From Bacillota bacterium (lineage in GTDB: Bacteria > Bacillota > Sulfobacillia > JAMCWA01), in contig JAMCWA010000088.1 in NCBI GenBank assembly GCA_023475165.1, positions 2,298 to 66,297 of the forward strand: a stretch of DNA of 64,000 nucleotides, given 5' to 3'. The notes under the pieces were generated by a model. It was not told the DNA's origin, ran no database searches, and was given only the letters and a program-made list of their open reading frames with translations. Shown piece by piece: positions 27,321 to 36,618 of this stretch (the first letter of the stretch is position 1; every line of letters starts with the position of its first letter). Both the position numbers and the translations under genes were made by a program.

Positions 27321-29297
27321 GTGGCCGCAGGGACGAAGTCGACCGTTCAGGTAAACAGGGGAGCCCCCCAGCAGACGACCATCTGGAGGTACCTCTGGCG
27401 GTATCCAACGCTGCTGGTCCGCGGCTCTATTGGCGGGATCGGCTACAACACCCTGATTGTACTAGGACCAATTTTTCTGGGCAGGGCTCTCGATGCCGTC
27501 CTCGCCCTGGAGGGGAATGGGTTCTCCCCTGACTCGTACCGCGTTCTGTACGTGAACCTTGGGCTGCTGGTAGCCACCACCATCATCTTCCAAGGATTTC
27601 GGACGCTGAAGCGCCATGACTTCCGCAACATGTCCAACCGCATTGGTAACGACATGCGGCGGGACTTGCTGAAGGCTTCGCTGTCCTGGTCCATGCCGGA
27701 CTTTGATCGTGAGAAAATCGGTGACCTGATGTCCAGAGCTGTGGGCGACGTCGGTCAGGTCACCGGCACCATCATGACCACGGTGACGGAGATTTACGAC
27801 ACGCTGGTGCTCATGCTTTCTTACTTCGTGGCGTGCCTCTACTTTCAGCCGACGTTGACGCTGCAGGCGACGATCCCTCTGACAGTGACCATATTCCTCG
27901 CCCAGAGGACGGGCGGCGTGGTGTTCCGGCTCTCTACAGCGGCACGGCAGGCCGCCTCCGCAGTCAATACGCAGCTCCGAGAACAGCTCCAGGCTGTACG
28001 GATACTCCGGGTGTTCGGCAGGGAAAAGGAGGAGACGCAGAGGTTCGGACGGCTCTGCCGGCAGCAACTGACGGCCAACCTGCGGCTGGCGCTGCTCCAG
28101 GGGGGCTTATTGCCGTTGTACGCGGTCCTTTCTTCGTTGGGAATCGTGCTGGTCATCAGCTCCGGTGGTACCCGCGTCGTCCGCGGCGAGTGGACGGTCG
28201 GCCTCTTTACTGCGTATCTCACGTTGTTCTCGGCGATGACGGCACGAACGCTCATGGTGGCTAGGGTGTTAAATGGGCTGCACGCCGGCCGGGCGAGCTG
28301 GTCGAGGACGCTGGCCAAGATCGAGCAGCCCAGACAAGGAGACGGCGAGGCTCCGGCGGGCATTAGCTCCGGGTCGGACGTTGCCCCTAACGCCGGCGCG
28401 GCGGCGAGAGCTTCTGGCCAGCTCGACCACCCCGGCGTTGCCGCACCGCGGCTCGAGCTGCGCGTTACTAACCTCCATTTTTCCTTCCCAGGAACTATGA
28501 CCGAGGCCATTGCTGGGGTCAGTTTTGAGGCCAAGTCTGGGTCTTTCATCGCCGTGACCGGCCCGATCGGAAGCGGTAAGAGCGCCCTGGCCACCGTCCT
28601 CACCGGGCTTTACCCGTACCAGGGGAGCATCTTGTTCAATGGCCGTGAACTCCGCGATATCCCCGCTAAGGAACGAGAACAGATGGTATCCTTACTCGAC
28701 CAAAACGCTTTTTTATTTTCAGCCACCATCTCTGAGAACGTTACGTTCTTCCACGAAGAGAAGGAGTACGGTTCGGGCCTTTCCCGCTCTGGACAGCACC
28801 TGTCCCGGGAGGACAAAAAAGAGCGGCTCATGCAAACTCTGGATCTCGCCGGCCTTAAGGAGGATCTGGCCCTGTTCCCCAACGGGATAGAAACCCTCAT
28901 CGGCGAGCAGGGCACCCGGGTCTCCGGCGGACAAAGGCAGCGGATCGCCCTTGCCCGCGCCCTCTACCGGGGATCACCGTTGGTGATCTTGGACGACCCG
29001 TTCTCGGCCGTGGACATCGCCACCGAACGGCGCATGGTCCAAAGGATGCGAGAAGCTGCCGGTGGCGCGACGCTTCTCCTCTTTTCGCACCGCCTCTCGT
29101 CGTTTCCCCTGGCGGATAAGGTCATCGTGCTCTCCGGAGGCCGCGTGCACGAGACCGGGACCCACGAGGAACTAGTCGCTAAAGACGGACTGTATGCCAG
29201 AATCTACCGGGCTAAGGAGTGGCTTTCCGCCTACGGTGAGGAGAAAGTAGCGGAGAATGCTGCGGAAAACCGAGAAGAGGTGACCAGCCGTGGCTAG
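27321..29297 (+). CDS. ABC exporter, fused permease-ATPase (type I exporter half-transporter) with ~60-aa insert between TMD and NBD
   Basis: 6-TM N-terminal domain. GPIGSGKS Walker A, VSGGQRQRIALARAL, LVILDDPFSAVD. GTG start after GGGGAGGAGG. Confidence 0.85.
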   Translation: MAAGTKSTVQVNRGAPQQTTIWRYLWRYPTLLVRGSIGGIGYNTLIVLGPIFLGRALDAVLALEGNGFSPDSYRVLYVNLGLLVATTIIFQGFRTLKRHDFRNMSNRIGNDMRRDLLKASLSWSMPDFDREKIGDLMSRAVGDVGQVTGTIMTTVTEIYDTLVLMLSYFVACLYFQPTLTLQATIPLTVTIFLAQRTGGVVFRLSTAARQAASAVNTQLREQLQAVRILRVFGREKEETQRFGRLCRQQLTANLRLALLQGGLLPLYAVLSSLGIVLVISSGGTRVVRGEWTVGLFTAYLTLFSAMTARTLMVARVLNGLHAGRASWSRTLAKIEQPRQGDGEAPAGISSGSDVAPNAGAAARASGQLDHPGVAAPRLELRVTNLHFSFPGTMTEAIAGVSFEAKSGSFIAVTGPIGSGKSALATVLTGLYPYQGSILFNGRELRDIPAKEREQMVSLLDQNAFLFSATISENVTFFHEEKEYGSGLSRSGQHLSREDKKERLMQTLDLAGLKEDLALFPNGIETLIGEQGTRVSGGQRQRIALARALYRGSPLVILDDPFSAVDIATERRMVQRMREAAGGATLLLFSHRLSSFPLADKVIVLSGGRVHETGTHEELVAKDGLYARIYRAKEWLSAYGEEKVAENAAENREEVTSRG

Positions 29298-31143
29298 CGC
29301 CAAACCCGAAGTCAAGCGGGAAGTCGAGCGGAGCTTGTGGTCCGCAATCACTCCGGTCCTGCGCCATTACTGGTACCTGCTGGCCGCCGCATTTACCCTG
29401 GTCATTGGCACCAGCTATACCGAGCTGTTGCCGCCGCTCATTCTGAAGAACCTGGTGGACAACTACCTGTCCAAGGGCATCGCCACCGGCATCCTCCACG
29501 TGGCCCTCCTGTATCTGGGAGCCATGGTGGCAACAAGGGCGATCCAGTTTACGCTATCCTACATCGTGGCGCTATTGGGACAGAATATCTTATTCAACAT
29601 CAGAATGCTCCTGGCCCGGCGGCTCGAAATCCTGCCCCTGACCTACTTCGACAAGACGTCCGTAGGCGAGGTTATGAGCCGGATCACCAACGATGTTGAT
29701 GCGGTCAACACCCTGTTCTCGGCGGGCATGATGAACGTGATCACCGACTTGTTCCGGATCTTAGGCGTCCTGGGCGCCATGTACATAGTGGACCACCGCC
29801 TAACGGTCGTGGTCATCCTGAGCGCCCCCCTGGTGATGGTGGTGAACGAGTATTTCAGGAGGAACGTGAGGGAGTACCAGCGCAAACTTCGCCTCTTGAC
29901 CGCGAGTATCTATAGTTTCCTGCAGGAAGCCTGGAGCGGCATGCGGGTGGTGCGGACCCACGGCGCGCAACCCGTCATCCTGCGCCGACTGGATGGTCTC
30001 CAGGATAAGTACATCCGTGCCGCGGACGGCGCCTCCGTTTATAACGCCTTCTTTCCCGGCGTGCTCAAATCCATAGAGGCCGCCACGACGGCGGTCGTTA
30101 TCTGGTACGGGGCCAGGCCGGCGGTCCTGGACGCCGGGCTGACCCTGGGGGGCCTGGTGGCCTTCGCCCAACTGATCAGCAGGCTCCATTCGCCGCTGCA
30201 AAACCTGAGCGAGGAGTGGCAGACGATCCAGGAGGCCCTCTCCGGCGTGGAACGGATCACCGAATTCCTGCGCGAGCCGATAGACGAGGGTGAGCTGGCC
30301 GCCAAGACAGGCCGCGGCCAAACCGGGAGTGCGGCGGGAACGCTGGTGACTCGCGCCGATGGCCCCTGGGGAAAGGTGGGGCGGACCTCCGGCGGAGGAG
30401 CGCAGGTGAACGTCTCTGGCCTCACCTTCGGATACTTTCCGGGAAGGCCGGTCCTTTCAAATGTAGATCTGACCATCTCAGCCGGCGAACGGGTTGTCGT
30501 CATCGGGCGGACGGGAGCGGGTAAATCCAGTCTGCTGCATTTGCTGGCCGGGCTCTACAAACCGTGGAGCGGCACCATCAGGATCAACGGCCTGGAGCCG
30601 GGGTCGCTGCCGCCCAACGACAGGCGCCGCCTCCTGGGCGTGGTTCCGCAGACGGTCTACATTTTCGACGCCACGGTCAGGGATAATATCTCCCTCATGG
30701 ACGCGTCCATCACCCCGGAGAGGATAGAGCGCGTTTGCCGGTCGGTAGGGCTGCACGATGTCATCGCCGCGCTGCCGAAGGGCTACGATACGCTGTTGGG
30801 GAGTGGCGGATCCCAGCTCTCCTTCGGACAGAATCAGCTCCTCTGCCTGGCAAGGGCGCAGGTCTTTGACCCCCCTTTGCTTTTGTTGGATGAGCCGACG
30901 TCCGGTACCGACACCGAAACCGAAAAGATGATCTTTCGGGCCCTAAAGCAGGCCGGGCAATCCCGGACGATGATCACCATCGCCCACCGATTGACGGGTA
31001 TCGTGGACGCCCAAAGGGTAATAGTGGTCTCCGGCGGGAAGATCGTCCAGGATGGCACGCCCGAGGAGCTTGCTGGCAAGACGGGTTGGTATAAGGTGTT
31101 CAAGGAGCTCGAGGAGCTGGGGTGGAGCCGACCGGCGATATAA
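29290..31143 (+). CDS. ABC exporter, fused permease-ATPase (heterodimer partner)
   Basis: GRTGAGKSS, LSFGQNQLLCLARA, LLLDEPTSGTD. 8-nt overlap with the upstream half. Confidence 0.85.
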   Translation: MASAKPEVKREVERSLWSAITPVLRHYWYLLAAAFTLVIGTSYTELLPPLILKNLVDNYLSKGIATGILHVALLYLGAMVATRAIQFTLSYIVALLGQNILFNIRMLLARRLEILPLTYFDKTSVGEVMSRITNDVDAVNTLFSAGMMNVITDLFRILGVLGAMYIVDHRLTVVVILSAPLVMVVNEYFRRNVREYQRKLRLLTASIYSFLQEAWSGMRVVRTHGAQPVILRRLDGLQDKYIRAADGASVYNAFFPGVLKSIEAATTAVVIWYGARPAVLDAGLTLGGLVAFAQLISRLHSPLQNLSEEWQTIQEALSGVERITEFLREPIDEGELAAKTGRGQTGSAAGTLVTRADGPWGKVGRTSGGGAQVNVSGLTFGYFPGRPVLSNVDLTISAGERVVVIGRTGAGKSSLLHLLAGLYKPWSGTIRINGLEPGSLPPNDRRRLLGVVPQTVYIFDATVRDNISLMDASITPERIERVCRSVGLHDVIAALPKGYDTLLGSGGSQLSFGQNQLLCLARAQVFDPPLLLLDEPTSGTDTETEKMIFRALKQAGQSRTMITIAHRLTGIVDAQRVIVVSGGKIVQDGTPEELAGKTGWYKVFKELEELGWSRPAI

Positions 31144-31702
31144 CTTCACCCGATCGTGACTAATTTCACGCATTAAAACACAGAAAAAGAAGGTGGTGTT
31201 TGATGCATTTTCGAAACGCGGAGTGATTCGTTTTTCTAATTGCTACGACAGGGCTGCTGCCTCCCTTTTGGAGGATATTCCAAAAGGCAGGTTACCCCGG
31301 AGTCCTCTCCCTGCTGATGCTGGTACCTCTGGCAAACATCTTCATGTTATACTTTCTAGCTTTCAGTAACTGGCCAATAGAACGGGAATTGAACAACTGT
31401 CGCCGTGTAAAGCATTGATTATCTATCTCCAGACAAGCTGACTGCATGCTGCTGGAGTACTGATTTCTGCTCTTCACCAATTAGTAGTACCAAGCTTTCC
31501 TAGTGTTAGGTGAGTGCGGCATTCATGATCACGGTATTGGACACTTGCTAAGGAGGCCTCTGCGTAACAACGGTGGCGGGAATTCAGCGGCCTGGATCCG
31601 CTGAACGGGAGGGAAGTCCAACTGCTACGGGGAGGTCATCCGACGCCAGTTGCCTTCTTGGCATAGAGGTTGGCTTGCAGTTTACCGAATTGCTCAATGA
31701 GA

Positions 31703-32215
31703 TTAGCCAGGAGAATGACCTACTGCTCCTGCCTGAACCCGCACCCCTTGTGTCAGTAGCATCTCGTAGTAAGCGGCACAGACGGCAACGGCGGCCACTG
31801 GGAGAGGTATATCATCGAGGGTCGCCTCGAGATCCTTGCCTACCGTCACACCTCCCAAGCGGCCGGAGAGGGTTCTGGTGCCAGGATCAAAGGAGAAGTT
31901 GACGTCGAATCCAAGCCCCGCCCCGCCAACACGACCGGAGATATTGTTATACTCCAGGGAAAGATCCAGGTCATTTCCCATCATGGCCCCACCAATACGT
32001 CCCGTTAACTTGTTCTCACTTAACTCGGCCTGAATGTCCTTGCCGTCAACAGCGCCCCCATAGCGTCCCTCCAACCTGTTTCTCTGCCAAGTGAGGTTGA
32101 GATCCTTGCCCAGGATGGCTCCGCCGAACCTTCCCCGCAAGAAATTACCCTCCAGAGTAAAGTCAATGTCCCAACCGATCATGTCACCACCCAAACGACC
32201 CTTAAACTTGCCCAT
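31703..32215 (-). CDS. Hypothetical protein built of five ~22-aa repeats (L-x-G-R-x-G-G-A-x-x-G-K-D-L...)
   Basis: Strong RBS GGGAGGGAAUCUU before ATG. Repeat periodicity is visible in the translation (GRFGGAILGKDL, GRYGGAVDGKDI, GRIGGAMMGNDL, GRVGGAGLGFDV, GRLGGVTVGKDL). Confidence 0.5.
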   Translation of the reverse strand: MGKFKGRLGGDMIGWDIDFTLEGNFLRGRFGGAILGKDLNLTWQRNRLEGRYGGAVDGKDIQAELSENKLTGRIGGAMMGNDLDLSLEYNNISGRVGGAGLGFDVNFSFDPGTRTLSGRLGGVTVGKDLEATLDDIPLPVAAVAVCAAYYEMLLTQGVRVQAGAVGHSPG

Positions 32216-32525
32216 AAGATTCCCTCCCGTCAGCGCCGATTCGGGGCATAACCGGTCAGATCCTTGTTTCGGAGTTCGCCTTTTTCCATTATAATCAAAT
32301 CTATCAAGCTGGAGAAGGGATTTTACGGTTCGGTCTCAGAAAAAGGTTCAAGCAAAATGATCATATTTTGTACCTGTATGGCGGGGTCCTGTGCGGAGCG
32401 CAAAGCCGCCAGCAGGCCAAATTACGCCCAAGACCCGGGTGAAAACGTCTCGTTTGCTTGTGGAAAAGTCTCATGGCGTGACCAAGACAGGAGGTTTGAA
32501 GCAGCTACAGACAGGTCTATAATCA

Positions 32526-32555
32526 TTGACAAATCATAATAAAAGAAATTACAAT
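32526..32555 (+). promoter_or_regulatory. Promoter TTGACA-N18-TACAAT for IS607-like tnpA (near-leaderless)
   Basis: AT-rich patch. The -10 element ends 6 nt before ATG 32562. Confidence 0.5.
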
Positions 32556-32561
32556 ACAAAT

Positions 32562-33204
32562 ATGGAGCTATTAACCATCAGCCAAAGCAGCAAAAAAGCT
32601 GGGAGTTCATCCCAACAGCCTGCGGAACTGGGAAAAGCAAGGTCTGATTAAGCCCGTCCGTTTACCCGGGGGACAGCGGCGCTATTCGATGGACGAACTG
32701 AATGGGCTCTTGCGCTCCGGCCAGCTGAGCGGTGACTCTCAAACGGCGGTGTTGTATGCCCGGGTATCGACCAAAAAACGGGCTGAGGCGGGGAGGCTAG
32801 AGCGACAGATGGAGCGGCTGCGTCAGTACGCCCGGGCCAATGCTTTCACGGCAAAAGCAGAATTGGCCGATGTAGCCAGCGGTTTGAACCAGAAGCGGCG
32901 GGGACTGGCCAAGATCATGAAACTGACTGAGGAAGGGGAGTATAAAAAACTTATAATTGAATACCCCGACCGTCTAGCCCGTTTTGGTTACGGCTACATC
33001 GAGCGTCATCTAAGATACTGCGGTGTCGAAATCATCGCCATAGCGGAAAAGGAACCGGAAGAGGCACAGTCTGAGCTGGTGCGGGATCTTTTGGCCATAG
33101 TCACGTCCTTTTCGGCTCGACTTTACGGGGCCAGGGGCGGCAAAAGGATGAGGACGGGCTTGCAGGAACTGATGGCGAAGGTGGAAGCGGATGAAAAAGT
33201 CTAA
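32562..33204 (+). pseudogene. tnpA: IS607-family serine recombinase transposase TnpA, frameshifted (MerR-like HTH plus resolvase catalytic domain)
   Basis: MELLTISQ then a frame break. The next frame reads AKKLGVHPNSLRNWEKQGLIKPVRLPGGQRRY...VLYARVSTKKRAE... A single extra A in CCAAAGC (~32584-32586) separates the two frames. The ORF track sees only the 3' part (32689..). Confidence 0.75.
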
Positions 33205-34906
33205 AGCAAAAAAGCCCAAAAAGAAAACAGTTAATCCGGCCCAGGGGCTTGAGTATACCGTTGTGGGCGAATGGTTTCCGGAAATTTACCCTGCCCTGCG
33301 GTCAAAGAAATGGAGCCGGGGAAACGAAGACCCGCTGCGCACCGAGATGCGCCTTTTCGGGGCCGCTGAGCGCTGGGCCTTTAACCGGCTTTTAGAGGGC
33401 CGTTCGCGGGAAGAACTCAAACGGGAAGGCCAGGGCATATGTGGCTTAAACTCCCGCTACACCGACGACGCTATCATGAAGGCCCAGGCGGTCATCGATT
33501 CCCAGAAGGAACTTTTGCCTTTGGAGATCGAGGAAACCGAAAAGAAGCTCGTCCGGGCCAAAAAGAAACTCCGCTGGGCGGAAAAGGATCTGGATCAAGG
33601 GATCAAGGGCAACGACCCGGCAAAAATCGAGAAAGCCAAACGCACCCTGCACGGCCGCCAGGGGCGGGTCAAAAAGCTGGCGAAGAAACTTGCTCAACTC
33701 AAGGAGCATGAAGCCAACGGCACCATCCCCAAGGTGGTCTTCGGGGGGCGCTCCTTATGGCGGCAGGTCGCCCGGGGGAAAGTCAGCCGCGAGAAGTGGC
33801 GCGACGCCCGGCAGAACCGCTTATATGCCAGGGGAGACCGGACCAAAGCCGGGAACCCCAACGTAAAAGTGTCTTATAGTGAAGGGAGATTTAGTCTGGC
33901 AGTCACTATTTCCCACCTGTCTAAGCAAGACGGCAAGGACAAAAAGGGTCGGCCCAAAATGACCCGGGCACCGCGGGTGACAGGAAAGCTCTGGCTGCCG
34001 AAAAAACACCGAAGCCGGGTCTGGAAACTGCTTTATTCCGGCGCTCCTTATAGCCTCGAGCTGATCAGAGGGCAAGACGACCGCTACCGGGCGCACATCA
34101 GTTTCAGTCTCAAGACGACAGACTGGGTAACAAACTCCAGTCTGGGCTATTTGGGTCTGGACACCAACCCGGACGGAGTAGCTTTAGCCAATGTCAACTA
34201 TCTTGGGCAGCCGGAGCCCTGGCCAGCGGATTTCGGCGTCACTTATCCCCGTGCCCTGCACAAATTTAAGGGAGAATTCCAGGTGACAGTAGAGCCCAAC
34301 GGTTTTCTCTACATCAGGATACCGGAGCTGGCTTACGGCGGGAGTTTCCGGCGGACCTACCTGAGCAGCGTTTTGGCTCAGGTGGTGGTGGAGATGGCCA
34401 AAAGGTTGGGGAAACCCCTGGCCGTAGAAGACCTGGACTTTGGGAAAGATCGCCTTGACACGGACAGAAGATTTAACCGGATGGCCAGCAATTTCCCTTA
34501 CGAAAAAATCACGGAGGCCATCGTCCGCAAGGCGTACAAAGAAGGCGTGGGGGTAAAGACAGTCTGGCCGGCCCACACTTCGACCATCGGCTGCTGGAAG
34601 TACCAGAAGCGTTACGGGATAACTGTGCATCACGCGGCGGCACTGACCATCGCCCGGCGGGCGCTGGGTTTAAAAGAACGCATCACCAAAGAGTTAAAGC
34701 AAAAGATCCAGGTTCGCCGAGAAAAGCTGAACCAGAAGGTGAGATCCTTACCTGGGGAAGGAAAAGGGATGACCCGAAAGGTAAAGCGGTTTTTTGGGAG
34801 ACTGGGCGAGAAGGTTTCTCTTCATAACGGCTTAGACCGTTATAAACAGGAATCTTTTCATTCCGCCTGGTCTGACCTGAAAGAGCTTGTTTTACTGAGC
34901 AGGTGA
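33191..34906 (+). CDS. TnpB-like (OrfB) protein of IS607-type element; RuvC-I/II present, RuvC-III/Zn-finger region degenerate
   Basis: LGLDTNPDGVA (RuvC-I D), LAVEDLDF (RuvC-II E), then AHTSTIGCWKYQKRYGITVHHAAALTIARRAL where TnpB normally has CxxC...CxxC plus D-x-NAAxNI. Lys-rich N-terminus MKKSKAKKPKKK. ATG overlaps the tnpA 3' end. Confidence 0.65.
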   Translation: MKKSKAKKPKKKTVNPAQGLEYTVVGEWFPEIYPALRSKKWSRGNEDPLRTEMRLFGAAERWAFNRLLEGRSREELKREGQGICGLNSRYTDDAIMKAQAVIDSQKELLPLEIEETEKKLVRAKKKLRWAEKDLDQGIKGNDPAKIEKAKRTLHGRQGRVKKLAKKLAQLKEHEANGTIPKVVFGGRSLWRQVARGKVSREKWRDARQNRLYARGDRTKAGNPNVKVSYSEGRFSLAVTISHLSKQDGKDKKGRPKMTRAPRVTGKLWLPKKHRSRVWKLLYSGAPYSLELIRGQDDRYRAHISFSLKTTDWVTNSSLGYLGLDTNPDGVALANVNYLGQPEPWPADFGVTYPRALHKFKGEFQVTVEPNGFLYIRIPELAYGGSFRRTYLSSVLAQVVVEMAKRLGKPLAVEDLDFGKDRLDTDRRFNRMASNFPYEKITEAIVRKAYKEGVGVKTVWPAHTSTIGCWKYQKRYGITVHHAAALTIARRALGLKERITKELKQKIQVRREKLNQKVRSLPGEGKGMTRKVKRFFGRLGEKVSLHNGLDRYKQESFHSAWSDLKELVLLSR

Positions 34907-35430
34907 CCCCGTTAGCCGGAGTCGGGAAAAACCGGCAGGCCGGATCGAACAGATCGCGGGAGGCGCCTGGCGCTAGAAAGAGCGCTGGACCGCCTGACGG
35001 TCAACGCAGGGGGCAAAAGCGTCCTGTGCCCGTGAGGCGCCGTTCTCCCGTCCGGGTGGGACGCCCGGGGCCGAGGCCTCCCTGTCGCGAAGTCTGCTCT
35101 CCAGGGCAGACAAATCCAGTATGAAAGGAGCGAAAGCCTGGTCAGGGGGAGGCCGGCTGCACAAGAACTGACGGTTGTTAGGGATTGTAAGCTTTTTTGA
35201 ACCAGGAGTATCTCGCGGGACCGCGACGGCTGGATCAACGCCAACGGAATGCTCTCCATTCAGCCCGTCTTGGTGATTTTGAGGACGGCAAGGAGGATCT
35301 CGTTTTGCCGACGGGGACGGGGTTCTCTTTGCCCCAAGCTCGAATATCGATGAGCTCTTGCTAATGCTCGGAGCATCTGGCAAAATGAACGACAGATAGT
35401 ACCGATCTCATGAAAGGTCGGTGATCCATA

Positions 35431-36075
35431 TTGCCGGTCGAGGTGATCGAACGCATAACCACGCCGCGCGGCGAACTGCAACTACAGCGCCGGGGTGAGG
35501 CCTACGAGGTGATCTCCAACGGTTGCTTTCTCATGGCAACCTACAATGGCGGCTCGGAGAAGGCGCTGATCACCCTGGCTCGACGCTGGGTGCCCCGGGC
35601 CCGACGCATATTGGTGGGTGGACTGGGTTTCGGATACACCCTGCGGGCTGCTTTAGACAGTCCCGGCATCGAAATGGTCACTGTAGTGGAGATTGAACCA
35701 AAGGTGGTGGAGTGGAATCTGACTTATCTAGCCCCGCATAATGGCTTTGCCCTGGAGGATCCCCGGACCGATCTGGCTGCTGCGGATATGGTGGAGTTCC
35801 TGAAAGGCCAGCCGGAGCCTTACGATCTGATCGCCCTGGACACGGATAACGGGCCGGACTGGGTAGTATTTGAGCGCAACGCCTCTCTTTGGAGCGAGGA
35901 GGGCTTGAGACAGTTGGACCGGTGGCGTGCACCCGGCGGGGTACTGGCCTTTTGGTCGGCGCATGCCTCCTTTTCCTTTGAAGCCTTGCTTCGGGAGCAC
36001 TTCAAAGAGGTAGCGGTTCATTTCGTGGCCGCCAGGGTGAATTTGCAGGATGACGTTGTCTACCTGGCAAGGTGA
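35431..36075 (+). CDS. Spermidine-synthase-like (polyamine aminopropyltransferase fold) methyltransferase-family protein
   Basis: ILVGGLGFGYTLRAAL...DLIALDTDNGPDW pattern. TTG start (alternative GTG 35443). Confidence 0.55.
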   Translation: MPVEVIERITTPRGELQLQRRGEAYEVISNGCFLMATYNGGSEKALITLARRWVPRARRILVGGLGFGYTLRAALDSPGIEMVTVVEIEPKVVEWNLTYLAPHNGFALEDPRTDLAAADMVEFLKGQPEPYDLIALDTDNGPDWVVFERNASLWSEEGLRQLDRWRAPGGVLAFWSAHASFSFEALLREHFKEVAVHFVAARVNLQDDVVYLAR

Positions 36076-36618
36076 GGTGAGGAGAGAGGAGATTTCAGGC
36101 AACGGAGATCGCACGCCTCTGGTTGTTACCCTTCTGCGTTAAGCGCTTGCCCATTCTGCCGGTCAGAGTGCAGATCGCCACAGTCCTGGCCCTGGTCAGG
36201 TCGCGGCCTATGGCGATCATGGATAATGATGGAAGGCCTGAACGAAACCGATGGCGAATCACCAAGATTTTAGCATACTGGGGTTCAATGCCTTACCGGT
36301 AGTAACCTAAGGGGGTTGCCGCCATGAGTATTAATCAGTGGTTCTTCTGTCAGGTCCCGGGATGATCCTTGTTCCTATCGTCTTCGCTGCTTAACGGGCA
36401 AACAAGATCCAGAGCGCCCTTATTACGCTGCGGTCCAGGCGCCTCGCCTTTTGGCCATCGAGACACCTGCACCAGCGGCGGATGGGGTCATGCTTCGGCG
36501 ATGCGGTCATCGCCGGCACAAATCTACCTGGCTTCCTGGTCACACTGGTTGTGGCCGCAGACCCAGGGTGTCATGTTGCGGGAAGGCAAAAAGAGGAAGA
36601 AAAAGGGGGAAGGAAACG

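Larger units (their letters stand above)
32500..35430 (+). mobile_element. IS607-like element (tnpA-tnpB plus ~520-nt structured 3' region); boundaries approximate
   Basis: Gene pair and overlap typical of IS607. Lower-GC left border. No inverted repeats, as expected for IS607. Confidence 0.45.

Noticed and set aside
27462-28603. 201-aa and 252-aa minus-strand ORFs
   Set aside because: Antisense to the ABC exporter transmembrane domain.
36113-36300. Possible 41-63-aa minus-strand ORF (…MIAIGRDLTRARTVAICTLTGRMGKRLTQKGNNQRRAISVA)
   Set aside because: No recognizable family, no convincing RBS, and it sits in a region with no other support. It might be a gene remnant.
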